From: Azolla caroliniana
Taxonomy: Eukaryota > Plantae > Polypodiophyta
Length of the DNA stretch: 64,000 nt
Direction: 5' to 3'
NCBI GenBank assembly: GCA_043228905.1
Contig: JBHGNT010000012.1
Span: 13,020,001 to 13,084,000, forward strand
Part shown: positions 49,764-63,711 of the stretch, in pieces
Position numbering within the stretch: the first letter of the stretch is position 1
How the letters are laid out: every line of letters begins with the position of its first letter
Translations under genes and position numbers: made by a program
The notes under the pieces: model-generated
Seen by the model: only the letters and a program-made list of their open reading frames with translations
The model's database searches: none
Told to the model about the DNA's origin: nothing

Positions 49764-52704
49764 TTTATTTTAAATTCTCGGATTTCTTTAGTACATAATA
49801 TTTTTGTTTTACCGTCGACAATTCTTTCTAGTAAATGTGGTTTAGAAGATAATTCTTCAGAAGTAACTAGAGTTTAAATTGTAACTTTATTGTCGCCAGA
49901 ACCTAGAAGTTCTTTTACACGACTCACATAAAAGACTGGATTAATTCCGACACCATCGGGAAGAGTGAGACGATAGGCTGATGACCCAATGTGTTTGAGG
50001 ACTGTAAAAGGTCCACAAAACCATGGGGCTAACTTAGCGCACTTACCCATAGACAATGTCTTAGAATTGTGAGGTACACGTAAAAATACCTTTTGTGCAG
50101 TCTTGAATACACGAGATTGCCTATGATGGTCGGCATAAAAACGCGCTCTATCTTGAGCTGTTTTTATATTATCTCGTGCAATATGCAACATATCTTGCAT
50201 ATCCCGAAGAATGTTTTGCGTACTTTGCAACTCATCATGATGTATATTAACATCAATCGGGGCTCGTGGCTGAAAACCATACATCAACATAAAAGGACTA
50301 TATCTCGTTGACGTATGCTCGAAGCTGTTATACGCAAACTCCAAAATTGGGGTATAACGTTCCCATTTTGTTGGTTTTGCACCAACGTATGCTCGAAGCA
50401 TGTCCTCAATAATTTGATTTACTTGTTCTGTTTGTCCATCGGATTGCTTCTTTTGGTTCTTTCCTTTTTGTCTCCCATAAATGGCTTAACAACAAACGAT
50501 GGTTCATCCTATTGCTCATCAGGTCTATTAGTCTCACGTTGAAGACTAATGACACGTGCCTCGAGAGCACTTTTAGATTGCCAAAGTTCGGCCATCTCTT
50601 GAGCAGTGAAACTAAGGTATTGGGTTATTTGTGCCAAATACATCTTAGTGGACATTTGTCCAGGAGGATTCCCTTGAGTTCCTTCCGCTTGAACGGATGA
50701 CATCGGGTCGTTAATTTGAGCCATTAAAGATTATTTCTGGAAAAGAAATAGGATATGGTCAGAGAGATAGTCAAAACATCATGTCGTGATGTAAACATAT
50801 CATGGGCAAACATTAATCGATATCATGATCTCACATCAATACCCCTCTAGACGTATGAGATGAGGTTCAAGATCAAGTTACTATGGTAACACAAAGGTGT
50901 TTTAAAAACCATGGGGGTGACAATTTAATGTCTTTCCCTGATCTCTATATGGATTTTTTCATGGTGGCTCCCCGAGGCTCAACCAAGTATGTTTGCGTCA
51001 TGAATAGTTTATACATGAAAAAAATGTTAACAATAAACTATGTTTCGGTGCCCACATATGTGGTTTCGGCTCTTTAAGTCCTATTACGAGGACCCCGAGG
51101 TGCACTTAGACCTTAAGTCTAAACAAGTGTTACAGTCATATGTATCAAGGATGTTGTATGGTCTTGGTCATATTTGAACTCGAGACCTCGAGAACAAATA
51201 CATTAAACACTTGAGCCAACCAACTAAGTTGCTCTTCTCGAATGTTTAATGTTTGATGCGTATAAAAGATATGCGAGGCATTTGATCATATATGTTTTTT
51301 TTAAAAGAACATATATGTCAAGGGTCCTTATTTCGCGCTCATTTACCAAAACTATGTTGGTACGTTACCTAACCTCAAGTCTCGTAATTACGATGGCATA
51401 TGCCAAAGTGCAACCTAATGGTCAAGCCAAATGAGCCCTTGTTTCGTAGTAGGCCCACGTGGCCCATCACATGGTCACGTCATTACGAATGCCTCTCGTA
51501 AGAACGAGCTCACGGTGGCATCGTATCCATGTAACGAGGGAGGGATGTTGGATACGTGTGTCATTGGAGCGACCTCACTTGAAGTGGGTCAAGCCCTACG
51601 TACTCAACATCATTATTACTATAGGCGTTTCTTTACATAACGAAATTGAGGTCATCAACGGGGTTGTGAATAATAAAAAATTGTTGAAAAAGGGATGGTG
51701 ACAACGCCATTCTCACAAAAATGTGAGGACGGCCACCAACATCCTTTTCCCGACAAGGATAACTTTCGATATAATCACGTAATAACGAATATACACATAT
51801 GTTTACTTATCACATATATACGATCAAATACGTATATACGTGACCACATATGCCTATATTAAACATATCGTTATATTAAATAGCCACAAATGATGTGATC
51901 GAGATACATAATAGAGGTATATACCTCTACGCACACGAAACATCCACAAATAAGGTATCATCGTAAGACCCAATTGAGGTATTTACCTCTTACGCATACG
52001 AGACCAAGCGCATACGCATACATCATTGATTTAATGAAAAAAAATGACATATAAACTAAACACATTATTAGATGGGAGAAGAGAGAATAGAAAAAAATAA
52101 ATTTACGTAAAGAGTTACCGAAGTTCTTTGTTGATCATTGTCTGGATCAAGGCCGACCGCACATTGATCGATCACCATCAATCAAAAGACAAAAGACAAA
52201 CAAAGAAACATTAGTACATAGCTCTGATACCAAATATTAGAGATCTTGGTACTAAAGTAAGCTTAAGATAAGGATAAACTAATGATAGATAGAAAGGAGA
52301 AAGAGAAAGAAGGGTGCCGATCCTCCCGACCACCGACGTGATCGAGACGGACTCGAGCCTTGATCGGCATCCCATACCACCGACGTGGCGTCGAGTCATA
52401 CCTGGTGCTAGCGCTCGCTACAAGAGTTGACCAACCACAAGAGCAGAGTCTCGATGTAGTCAAAAGATCATGAAATGAGGGTAGCTAGGCCTCTTATTTA
52501 TAGCGATACCCAAGGCCCCTAGGCAAGTTCACACTTGACCTAATGGGTTGTCTCAATCCTAAGGTGTAAAAGTAATCCTCCCCTTCTTTACACTCTCGTT
52601 TAACCCTCACACTTATCCACGTGTATAGAATACTACGGTAAATTCTCACCACGGGATATTATATGGTCATGCCCGTAACACCGGGGTAGTTCCGAACACA
52701 AGCA

Positions 52705-55700
52705 ATGGCGAAACTCACTATCATATTTCTCATAGCGGTTATCATGCTAGCCGCCTGTGGCGTGGCCAATGCTAGATCTATAGGACGGGATCTCAAAGAG
52801 GAGAGGCGAGATTGACAAAGAGAGGGAGACATTGACGAGGAGAGACGCGATCGACGTAGGGAGGAGGATGTCGACGAGGAGAGGTGCAGCGGACGCTGTG
52901 AGGGATCCATGGATGAGAGGCACTACAGAGACAACAAGAGAGAGTCGGATGAGGACCTGGATCGTCGCAGTCGCGATGGCGATGAGCCACATGAGGAGAG
53001 GCACGATCGACACAAGAAGGAGGATTTCGTTGAGGAGAGGCGCGGGGGACGTCGCGAGGGGTCCATCTAGGAGGGGCGCTACGAAGACAACAAGTGAGAG
53101 TCTGTAGAGGAACGGGATAGTCGCAGTCGCGATCGTGATGAGTCACGTAACGAGGGGCGCGATCAACGTAGGGAGGAGGATGTTGAGCAGGAGAGGCGTG
53201 ACCGACGTTGTGAAGGATCCTTCGATGAAGGACGTCGCAGAGACAACAGGAGAGAGTCCGAAGAGGATCGAGATGGTCGTAGTTGCGATTTGCGATGAGC
53301 CATGAGACCGAGAGTTGAGGCAAGAGTGCCAAAACTTCGTCGATAGTATTAGAGACCTAGGTACTAAAGTAAGCTTAAGATAAGGATAAACCAATGATAA
53401 ATAGAAAGGAGAAAGAGAAAGAAGGGTGCTGATCCTCCCGACCACCCCCGAGCGAAGGGATTGAGACAGACTCAAGCCTCGATTGGTGTCCCATACCACC
53501 ACCGTGGCGTCGACTCGTACTTGGTACTGGCGCACTCGCTACAACAGTTGACCCACCACAAGAGCAAAGTCTCGATGTAGTCAAAAAGATGATCAAATGA
53601 GGGTAGCTAGGCCTCTCATTTATAGCGATACCCAAGGCCCCCAGGCAAGTTCACATTTGACCTAATGGGTTGTCTCAATCCCGAGGATTAAAAGTAATCC
53701 TCCCCTTCTTTACACTCTCGTTTAACCCTCACATTTATCCATGTGTATAGAATACTACGGTAAATTGTCACCACGGGATATTAAATGGTCATGCCCGTAA
53801 CATACTCCCCTTCTTTAAAAACATTCCACTCTTGCAATGGAATGTTCGGGAAGTTTGTTCTTAGAGTATTCTCGCATTCCCGTGTGGCATCTTTGATAGA
53901 TTTGTCCATCCATTTAATTTTCAATTCTCAGATTTCTTTAGTACGTAACTTTTTTGTTTTAACATCGAGAATTCTTTCTGGTACATGTGGTTTCGAAGAT
54001 AATTCTTTAGAAGTAACCAGAGTTTCAGTTGTAAGTTTATTGTCGGCAGAACCTAGAAGTTCTTTTAGACGATTCACATGAAAGACTGGATGAATTCCAA
54101 CACCATCGGGAAGAGCGAGACGATAGGCTGATTACCCAATGCGTTTGAGGACTGTAAAAGGTCCACACAACCGTGGGGCTAACTTAGTGCACTTACCCGT
54201 CGACAATGTCTTAGAATTGTGAGCTACACGTAAAAATACCTTCTGTCCAGGGTTGAATACAAGAGGTTGCCTATGATGATCGGCATAAAAACGCGCTCTA
54301 TTTTGAGCTGTTTTTATATTATCTCATACAATATGCAACATATCTTGCATATCCCGAAGAAAGTTTTGTGTACTTCGCAACTCATCATGATGTATATTAA
54401 CATCAATTGGGGCTTGTGGCTGAAAACCATACATCAACATAAAAGGACTATATCCCGTCGACGTATGCTCGGAGCTATTACCGTGGTTTCAGTAGCAATA
54501 AATCTGGTCATTTTAGTTAGTCGATCAACGACGACCCATATGGCATCATGACCTTTTTGGGTGCGAGGAAGGCTAACAATAAAATCCATGGATATACTTT
54601 CCCACTTATTATTGGGAATGTCCAAGGGATGTAAAAGTCCTGCGGCTTTAAGTCGCTCGGCTTTGTTAACCTGACACTGGTGACATTTAGTCACATAACT
54701 ATGTATGTCAGGACGCATCTTAGGCCAATAAAATTGAGTGGAGATGAGAACGAGTGTACGATGTATTCCAGGGTGCATCATGGCATTCTAAAAGAATCCT
54801 CTTTTTGACCTCGGGTAAATCTGGAACACAAACCTTCCCATTACTGTAGAGCAAACCGTTAGCAATGTGGAAGTATTCCTTCGAGGATGTGGTGGTGTCT
54901 GTTCCAAACTCAACTCTTGCCCAATATTTTGCAAAATAACTGTCATCAAGATACTTTCCTCGAAGGTGATCATAAAGATCTGATGTTATTTCAGTGAAGC
55001 TAAGCATGTTAACATCCTGTATTCGACTTAGTGCATCAACGACAGTGTTCATGGAACCTTTATGATATCGTATGGAAAAATCAAAGTCCTGGATGAGATC
55101 AGCCCATCGTGCCTTACGACCTTTCAGGTCTTGTTGGTCACAAAAATATTTCAAGGACTCGTGGTCTGTAGTTACCACAAAGCAATTTCCAAAAAGATAA
55201 CGGCGTCATGTTATGAGTGCATGTATAACTGCAAATAATTCTTCTTGAACGGTATACCGACATTGAGCAGAATCAAGTTTCTTACTCTCGAATGCTATTG
55301 GTTTACCATCTTGATACAAGACAGCACCTATAACATAATTGCTTGCATCGGTTTCAACCTCAAAAGGTTTTGAAGGATCAGGTAAAAGAGGTGAAAGAGC
55401 CTTGCAAACCAGGTCCTTGAGTTCCTTAAAGGCGAGGTCTAGTGTAGCATTCCACACAGTAGGTTTTGTAGACTTACGCGTTTGTCATTTTAAAAGATCA
55501 GTAAACGGCGTCGTCAATTGGGAGTAATTCCGAAGAGACTTTCGCAAAAACCCGACAAAACCAAGGAATGATCGAACTTCTCGAATTTTTCGAAGAGTGG
55601 GCCAAAGCTTGATTTTTTCAATGCGAGAAGGATCAATTTCAACTCCTCGTTCGGTTATGAGATGTCCTAGATAAGTAATTGATTTCCTGAAGAACTCACA

Positions 55701-57595
55701 TTTTGAGATCTTCGCATGAAACTATTTGTCACGAAATGTTTGTAAAACAAAGCGGACATGTCTAGCATGTTCTTTTAATGTATGGCTATAAACTAAAGTA
55801 TCATTGAAGAAAATAACGACAAATTTTCCGAGTTGTTCTCGGAAAATGTCATTCATTTCTTATTGAAAAGTAGCTCGAGCATTGGTCAAACCAAAAGGCA
55901 TAACCAAAAACTCATAATGGCCATAGCGCGTATGAAATGCCATTTTAGGAACATCGTCCTCACTTATTCGTATTTGATGGTACCCAGTACGGAGATCAAG
56001 TTTCGTAAAATACCAAGCTCCCTGGAGACGGTCAATTACATCGTCAGCCTGGGGCAATGGGTACGAATTCTAGATCGTCACTTTATTCAAGCGTCGGTAA
56101 TTAATACACATACGCCATGTGCCCTCTTTCTTTTTAACCAAGAGAACTAGTGCACCCCATGGAGCTTTACTATAAAGTATATAACCCATTCGTAAATAGT
56201 CCTTGAGTTGCTTCGATACCTCATCTTCTTCGGATCGACTTAAGCGATACAGAGGTATACCAGGTACAATATCTATACGATGGTCTATATTACATTTAGG
56301 AGGTATCCCATCAGGTAGTTCACTAGGAAAAACATCATGAAAATCATTTAAGATTTCATCAAGTTGTTGTTGTTCAAAATATGTTAATTGAACCAGGACA
56401 TTATCGATATTCTAAACGTGAATGTCCGTATCAAGTACACAATAAAATAAGGTAGAACAAGACAACTCGGATTTTGATGAACACAAGGAAACAATCGAGA
56501 GGGATTCACCATATCTGAACCAAACAATCATTCACAAAATTGTATGAGCTTCCCGAATCAATTAAAAATTGTACGGGAGATCCATTGATATCCCATTTGC
56601 ATGTAGTAAATCATTGGGACCCAATACATAGTGAGGGAAAGAACATTGAAAATTACTTAAATGATGTGTATAGACCTGAAGGACATTAGGAATCTGACCT
56701 TTATGGTCTGTAGCTTTAGCTTTGTTGTCGTGCTCTTTCCGTTGGAGTTTTCGACATTGATCTTTCGTATGACCCTTCTTTTTGCAGAATACACAAAAAG
56801 GATGTTGTCGCTTACAATCGTGATCCAGGAATTCGTTGGGTATCTTGCGTTTGCTAACAAATTGCGACTGCTTAGTCCCGAGCGCTTCGTTGGGTTTGTT
56901 GTGGTCCTTCTTCGATGTGCGTTGATAGCGAAGAATTGTTTCAACGGCCTCTTCGAAGGATTTGGATCCTTATCGTGCACTATCCAGTGATAGTCCGATC
57001 GAAGCTCGAGTCCGTCTCGATCCCTTCGCTCAAGGGTGGTCGGGTGGATCGGCACCCGTCTTTACACTCTCGTTTAACACTCACATTTATCCACATGTAT
57101 AGAATACTACAGTAAATTCTCACCATGGGATATTAAATATTCCTACCCATAACACATAGGCAGGTCCGCCACCTACAAGAACGTAAAGATAAGGATGAAC
57201 GTGGACAAAGCCGTCACACCTCTTGGGATGAAATTAGCTGATATGCAAGGCCCTCCGAAAGATGCTGCAGGAACGTGGAACAAAACCCCGTAGAAGAGCG
57301 TTGTAACCGCCTCCACGAGGCCTTATACATTAGCGGAGAAGAGGCATGTAAAGATGGTCACCGCCATAGCCAAGTGTCCAGGGAACATCGTCAATGGGAA
57401 GAGGATGCCGATTCAGAGAGAGACAGTAGCGAGCGCGAGGAGAACGAGCGCCGTTATCGCATGACCGGACGACAAGATGAGGAACACCGTCGTCGTTTCA
57501 AGGCCGGTAAGGAGAAACAACTTCTAAGCGTGGCCACCTCTCGCCTTCTCCAACAATGTGATCTTAGCCCACGCGCTTGTATTTGCCACTTTTAA
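52705..57595 (+). pseudogene. Secreted repeat-protein gene, copy 3, with three ~156-bp repeats, stops and a retro-insertion
   Basis: MAKLTIIFLIAVIMLAACGVANARS at 52705; interrupted at 53346, resumes at 57160, ends ...CDLSPRACICHF. Confidence 0.82.
53347..57154 (-). mobile_element. Chromovirus family A, copy 5, multiply deleted
   Basis: 3' LTR 53347-53802; pol remnants; 5' LTR remnant ~57000-57154; imperfect TSD GATAG/CATAG. Confidence 0.88.
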
Positions 57596-59352
57596 AGAAC
57601 GTACATAACTTTTTCAACTATACACTTTCTGAAAATCGTAAATGGTGTGCTCTGTGGTTTCTTGACGTTCTCATAAACCTCTCAATCATATTTCCCCCAC
57701 GCTTGCGCACAACACACACGCACGCATGCACGCACACACCACGACCAGGTTGCGTGCCCTTGCTCGCTCATTGCACAAACAAAATAAAACTGCACTCGCA
57801 CGGTTTCACACGAAGACATGATTAGGTAGCGTGCCTACACGCACACTACCCACTCCCACCCTACCTATATCAATCTCTATCCATCTATCGCTATCTCTCT
57901 CACGAGCAACGCGAAACTCGTCAAACGTCGATGCCATCACAATTTTGTACTGAAGCCACCCTCATACAATGCCATGTCTCGTCGTACCATGATGTGCACA
58001 ATAGTAGTGGCTGATCGTAACTCCTACTACGAACATGATTCCACATGACATTCCCATGTCTATCTACCATTTTCATCATCGTGTGCACCAGTCCATGCAT
58101 GCTTCACCTAGAAATGTTGTCCCTGAATGGTACCACCTTCATATTCCTCGGGTGTTCCAGTGTGCACAACGACGACAGATCTTGTAATCACAATGAAGAC
58201 GCGTGTTGTCGTCCGTAAGTTGGTCGCAATGGATTCTAAACTCACTCGTGGCCACAACCGCCAAAAACGTATTCGTGGAGAGAACCAACACCCTAAAAAC
58301 CTTTTCTCCCCACCTTATCCTCGTTTTACGAGGCCCATACGCACTCTACAACCTCAATGGCATCACATGCGTAGGTGGCTATCATGAGGTTACATACTGT
58401 CTACGTTGCAATATGCATTTCAAGGCCGGTGAGGAGGTACAACTTCTAAGCGTGGCAACCTCTCGCCTTCTCCAACAATATGATCGTTGTCCACGCGCTT
58501 GTATTCGCCACTTTTAAAGAACGTACATAACTTTTTCAACTATACACTTTCTGAAAATCGTAAATGGTGTGCTATGTGGTGTCTTGACGTTCTGATAACC
58601 CTCTCAATCATATTTCTCCCACGCTCGCGCACAACACACACGCACGCACGGACGCACACACACACGATCAAGTCACGTGCCCTCGTTTCACTCACTCATT
58701 GCACAAACAAAATGAAACTCCACATGCACGGTTTCTCACGCACACATGATTAGGGAGTGTGCCCACATGGACACTACCCACTCCCACCCTACTTATATCT
58801 ATCCCTATCCATCTATCGCAATCTCTCTTAGGAGCAACGTGAAACTAGTCAAACGTCGATGCCATCACAATGTTGTATTGAAGCCACCCTCATACAATGC
58901 CGTGTCTTGCCGTACCACGATGTGCGCAATAGTAGTGGCTGATCGTAACTCCTACTACAAACATGATGTTCCAAATGACATTCCCATGTCTATCTACCAT
59001 TTTCATCATTGTGTGCACCAACCCACACATGTTTCACCTAGAAATGTTGTCCTTGAATTGTGCCACCTTCATATTCCTCAGGTGTTGCAGCGTCCACAAC
59101 GACGACGGATCTTGTAATCACACTGAAAACTCATGTCGTCGTCTGTATGTTGATCGCAATGGATTCTAAACTCCCTCATGGCCACAACCACCAAAAACGT
59201 ATTCGTGGAGAGAACCAATACCCTAAAAACGTTTTCTCACCACCTTATCGTCGTTTTACGAGGCCCATACACAGTCTACAACATCAATGGCATCACATGT
59301 GTAGGTGGCTATCATGAGGTTACATACTGTCTACGTTGCAATCTGGACGAAT
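57596..59352. repeat. Two tandem array spacers around a gene C-terminal fragment (58415-58517)
   Basis: FKAGEEVQLLSVATSRLLQQ fragment is fused directly to the end of the preceding spacer. Confidence 0.85.
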
Positions 59353-62213
59353 TGTTACGGGCATGACCATTTAATATCCCGTGGTGAGAATTTACCGTAG
59401 TATTCCATACACATGGATAAGTGTGGAGGTTAAACGAGACTGTAAAGAAGGGGAGGATTACTTTAAATCCTCGGGATTGAGACAACCTATTAGGTCAAGT
59501 GTGAACTTGCTTGGGGGCCTTGGGTATCGCTAGAAATAAGAGGCCTAGCTACCCTCATTTGATCATCTATTGACTATATCGAGACTTTGCTCTTGTGGTG
59601 GGTCAACTCTTGTAGCGAGCGCGTCAGCACCAGGTACGACCGACGCCACGGTGGTGGTATGGGACGCCGATCAAGGCTCGAGTCCGTCTCGATGCCTTCG
59701 CTCGAGGGTGGTCGGGTGGATTGGCACCCTTCTTTCTCCTTCTCCTTTCTATCTATCATTAGTTTATCCTTATCTTAAACTTACTTTAGTACCTAGATCT
59801 CTAATATTTGGTATCAGAGCTATGTACTAATGTTTCTTTGTTTGTCTTTTGTCTTTTAATTGATGGTGATCGATTGATGTGCGGTCGGCCTTGATCCAGA
59901 CAATGATCAACAACGAACTTCGGTAACTCTTTCCGTAATATCTTTTTTTTTCTTTCTATTCTCTCTTCTCCCATCTAATCATGTGTTTAGTTGATATGTC
60001 ATTTTTTTTCATTAAGTCAATGATGTTGTAGAAGTCTTTAATTGATCATCTAAAACGTTTACATATGTGCACGAGGTCAATATCTCGTTTGACATATAAA
60101 TAATATGTGATGAGTGTCGTATGCGTACGAGGTTAATACCTCAATTATGTATTACGTTCACGGCCATGAAGAAATGAATATAGAGATCAACGAAAGACAT
60201 TAAATTGTCACCCCCATAGTTTTTAAAACACCTTTGTGTTACCATAGTAACCTGATCTTGAACCTCATCTCATACGTCTAGAGGGGTATTGACGGGAGAT
60301 CATGATATCGATTAATGTTTGCCCATGATATGTTTACATCACGACATGATGTTATGACTATCTCTCTGACCTTATCCTATTTCTTTTCCAGAAATAATCT
60401 TTAATGGCTCAAATTAACGACCCGATGTCATCCCCTCAAGCGGAAGGAACTCAAGGGAATCCTCCTGGACAAATGTCCACTGAGATGTATTTGGCACAAA
60501 TAACCCAATACCTTAGTTTCACCGATCAACAAATGACCAAACTTCGGAAATGTCAGAGTGCTCTTGAGGCATGTGTCATTAGTCTACAACGTGAGACTAA
60601 TAAACCTGATGAGCGACAAGGTGAACCATCATTTGTCGTTTTAAGACATTTACGGGAGACAAAAAGGAAAGAACCAAAGAAGCAATCTGCACATGGTTGG
60701 GACGATGGGAGTATCATTTTGAGCTTTAGCCCATGCTAGATAGTACGAAGATTGCATATGTCAGCCGAGAACTCGGGGGTAAGGCAGCCGCCTGGTGGCG
60801 TGGGTTCAATTTATGCAACCTCCCTCTCGAACCGAGGCACCACAAGCTTTAATGAACCTCTCTAGTAGGAAATTTTCCTCGCTAGAAGACTATGTTCACC
60901 ATGCTAGAACCCAAATCCAAAAATCGGGTCTAGAAAGGGACAATTGGTTGATAGCTTGTTTTGTCAATGGCATCCCCAATTCGGACTATCACTAGATAGT
61001 GCACGATAAGGATCCAAAATCCTTCGAAGAGGCCGTTGAAATAGTTCTTCGCTATCAACGCACTTCAAAGAAGGACCACTAGAAACCCAACGAAGCGCCC
61101 AGGACTAAGCAGTCGCAATTTGTTGCGAAACGCAAGACATCCAACGAATTCATGGATCGCGATTGTAAGCGACACCATCCTTTTTGTGTATTCTGCAAAA
61201 AGAAGGGTCATACAAAAGATCAATGTCGAAAGCTCCAACGGAAAGAGCACGACAACTAAGCTAAAGCTGCAGACCATAAAGGTTAGATTCCTAATGTCCT
61301 TCAGGTCTATACACATCATTTAAGTAATTGTCAATGTTCTTTCCCTCACTATGTATTGGGTCCCAATGATTTACTACGTGCAAACAGGTATATTAATGGA
61401 TCTCCTGTACAATTTTTATTTGATTCGGGAAGCTCACTCAATTTTGTGAATGATCATTTGGTTTAGATATGGGGAATCCAACCCACCGTAAGTGATCACA
61501 CCTACACGGTGCACTTGGTTGATGGAAGAGTACAATACATCAACGGGGCGATTCATTCATTAGGAATTTCTATTGATACTTATATAGAGGAAGTAAACTT
61601 CCATGTAATGAATCTTTGTACCACCGATGTAATACTAGGTTATCCCTGGTTTTATAATAAAAATCTTCTTTATTTATTGATTGGGTTCGCCATTCCGTTT
61701 CTTTTGTACTGAACGATTGTACGCATTTTATTCAATGTATCAAAAAACAATCCCTCTCGATTGTTTCCTCGTGTCCATCAATATCCGAGTTGTCTTGTTC
61801 TACGATATTTTATTATGTACTTAATTCGGGATATGTAAGATATGTTGCATATTGCACGAGATAATATAAAACCAGCTCAAGATAGAGCGCGTTTTTATGC
61901 CGACCATCATAGGCAACCTCGTGTATTCAACCCTGGACAGAAGGTATTTTTACGTGTACCTCACAATTCTAAGACATTGTCTACGGGTTAGTGCGCTAAG
62001 TTAGCCCCACGGTTTTGTGGACCTTTTACAGTCCTAAAACGCATTGGGTCATCAGCCTATCGTCTCGCTCTTCCCGATGGTGTCGGAATTAATCCAGTCT
62101 TTCATGTGAGTCATCTAAAAGAACTTCTAGGTTCTAGCGACAACATAGTTACAATTGAAACTCTGGTTACTTCTGAAGATTTATCTTCGAAACCACATGT
62201 ACCAGAAAGAATT
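59353..62213 (+). mobile_element. Chromovirus family A, copy 6, deleted and 3'-truncated
   Basis: LTR 59353-59806; PBS 59809-59820; gag from 60404; protease; jump to the integrase end at ~61827. Confidence 0.9.
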
Positions 62214-62847
62214 CGCCACTTTTAAAGAACGTACACAACTTTTTCAACTATACACTTTCTGAACATCGTAAATGGTGTGCTCTGTGGTGTCTTGACATTC
62301 TCATAACCCTCTCAATCATATTTCTCCCATGCTCGCGCACAACACACACGCACGAACACACACACGATCAGGTCGCGTGCCCTCGCTCGCTCATTGCACA
62401 AGCAAAATGAAACTCCACGCGCACGGTTTCTCACACACACATGCCCACAGGATCAGTACCCACTCCTACCCTACCTATATCTATCTCTATCCATCTATCG
62501 CTATCTCTCTCACGAGCAACGCGAAACTCGTCAAATGTCGATGCCATCACAATGTTGTATTGAAGCCACCCTCATACAATGTCATGTCTCGCCATACCAT
62601 GATGTGCGCAACAATAGTGCCTGATAGTAATTCCTACTACAAACATGATTCCACATGACATTCCCATGTCTATCTACCATTTTCATCATCGTGTGCACCA
62701 GCCCACGCATGTTTCACCTAGAAATGTTGACCTTGAATGGTGCCACCTTCATATTACTCAAGTGTTGCAGCGTCCACAACGACGGCGGATCTTGTAATCA
62801 CAATGAAAACGCATGTCGTCGTCCGTATGTTGGTCGCAATCGATTCA
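62212..62847. repeat. Array spacer copy
   Basis: Matches 57582-58235. Confidence 0.85.
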
Positions 62848-63687
62848 AATGCATCTGTTGGATAACGTGCGGGATGCATTTGAATCACCAACCGTACTTG
62901 ATTCAAAAAACCTCGAAAATGCGCCCTCGACCCATCAAATTTAGCTGGGAGGCTAATTTTGGGCTCCTTGATAAGTCCCTGACCTTTAACCCTTTGTTGT
63001 TGTAACACGATGATTGTCGACTCTAACTGTTGCACTCGTCGCGTGAACTCCTCTTGTTGTTGTTGCTTCTCTATAGTAACCTTTTGTAGATCCCCAAGTA
63101 GACGTTGATTCTCTACTTCAAGAGATGCGAACTTGGATTTAAGGTTCTCCATTTCTGCATCAAGGGTGAGATATTCTTCTGAGTTAATGGCAACCATGGT
63201 TTCAGGCTGGTTACAAAGGAGGATAAGAGAGAGAGAGAGAGAGAGAATTCGAATCAAACTTTCAGAACCAAGGATAAAAGATAGAGTGATGGAAGAAGGA
63301 TATTAGAGAACCAAATACTAAGAGAAGAACGGATGTATAAGATAGAGAAAGAAAGAGAATGGATACAAGATATGTAATGAGAGCTAAAGACTGGTGTTGA
63401 TTCGAATTGATTTGAGAATACATGGATGCGCTTATTTATAGGTTCCTATAGAATAGCTTAGAGATTTCTAGAATGTTCTAGAATGTTCTAGACCTAGAAT
63501 GCTCTAGGACATTCTAGAACATTCTAGAATAATCTAGAGTTTTTACAATAATCAATGTAATATAAGAAGTAGCTTTTATTATTTCATATAACAATAAGCT
63601 ATCTTAATGGTTGAGGTTTTCAAGTATGGATTACAAGGTTCGAGGTTCAAGTCCGAGTGACGCCATAATGGTCATGTGTTCATGACA
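62848..63687 (-). mobile_element. Tcn1-like gypsy 5' end (5' LTR 63260-63687, self-priming PBS, gag start at 63198)
   Basis: LTR homologous to 14213-14656; HSE array at 63466-63529; gag MVAINSEEY...EPKISLPAKFDG. Confidence 0.9.
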
Positions 63688-63711
63688 CTCGGACGGTTGC
63701 CAATTCCTCTT

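Larger units (their letters stand above)
44307..52680 (-). mobile_element. Chromovirus family A, copy 4: two LTRs, internal gag-to-integrase deletion, hosts a copia
   Basis: LTRs 44307-44760 and 52235-52680; PBS TGGTATCAGAGC 52221-52232; TSD CTGGG/CCGGG; deletion junction GATTG at 50442-50446. Confidence 0.93.

Noticed and set aside
14213-63687. The two Tcn1-like LTRs as ends of one giant nested element
   Set aside because: Flanks differ (ATTTC vs CTCGG) and the gag 5' region is present in both pieces, so they are separate copies.
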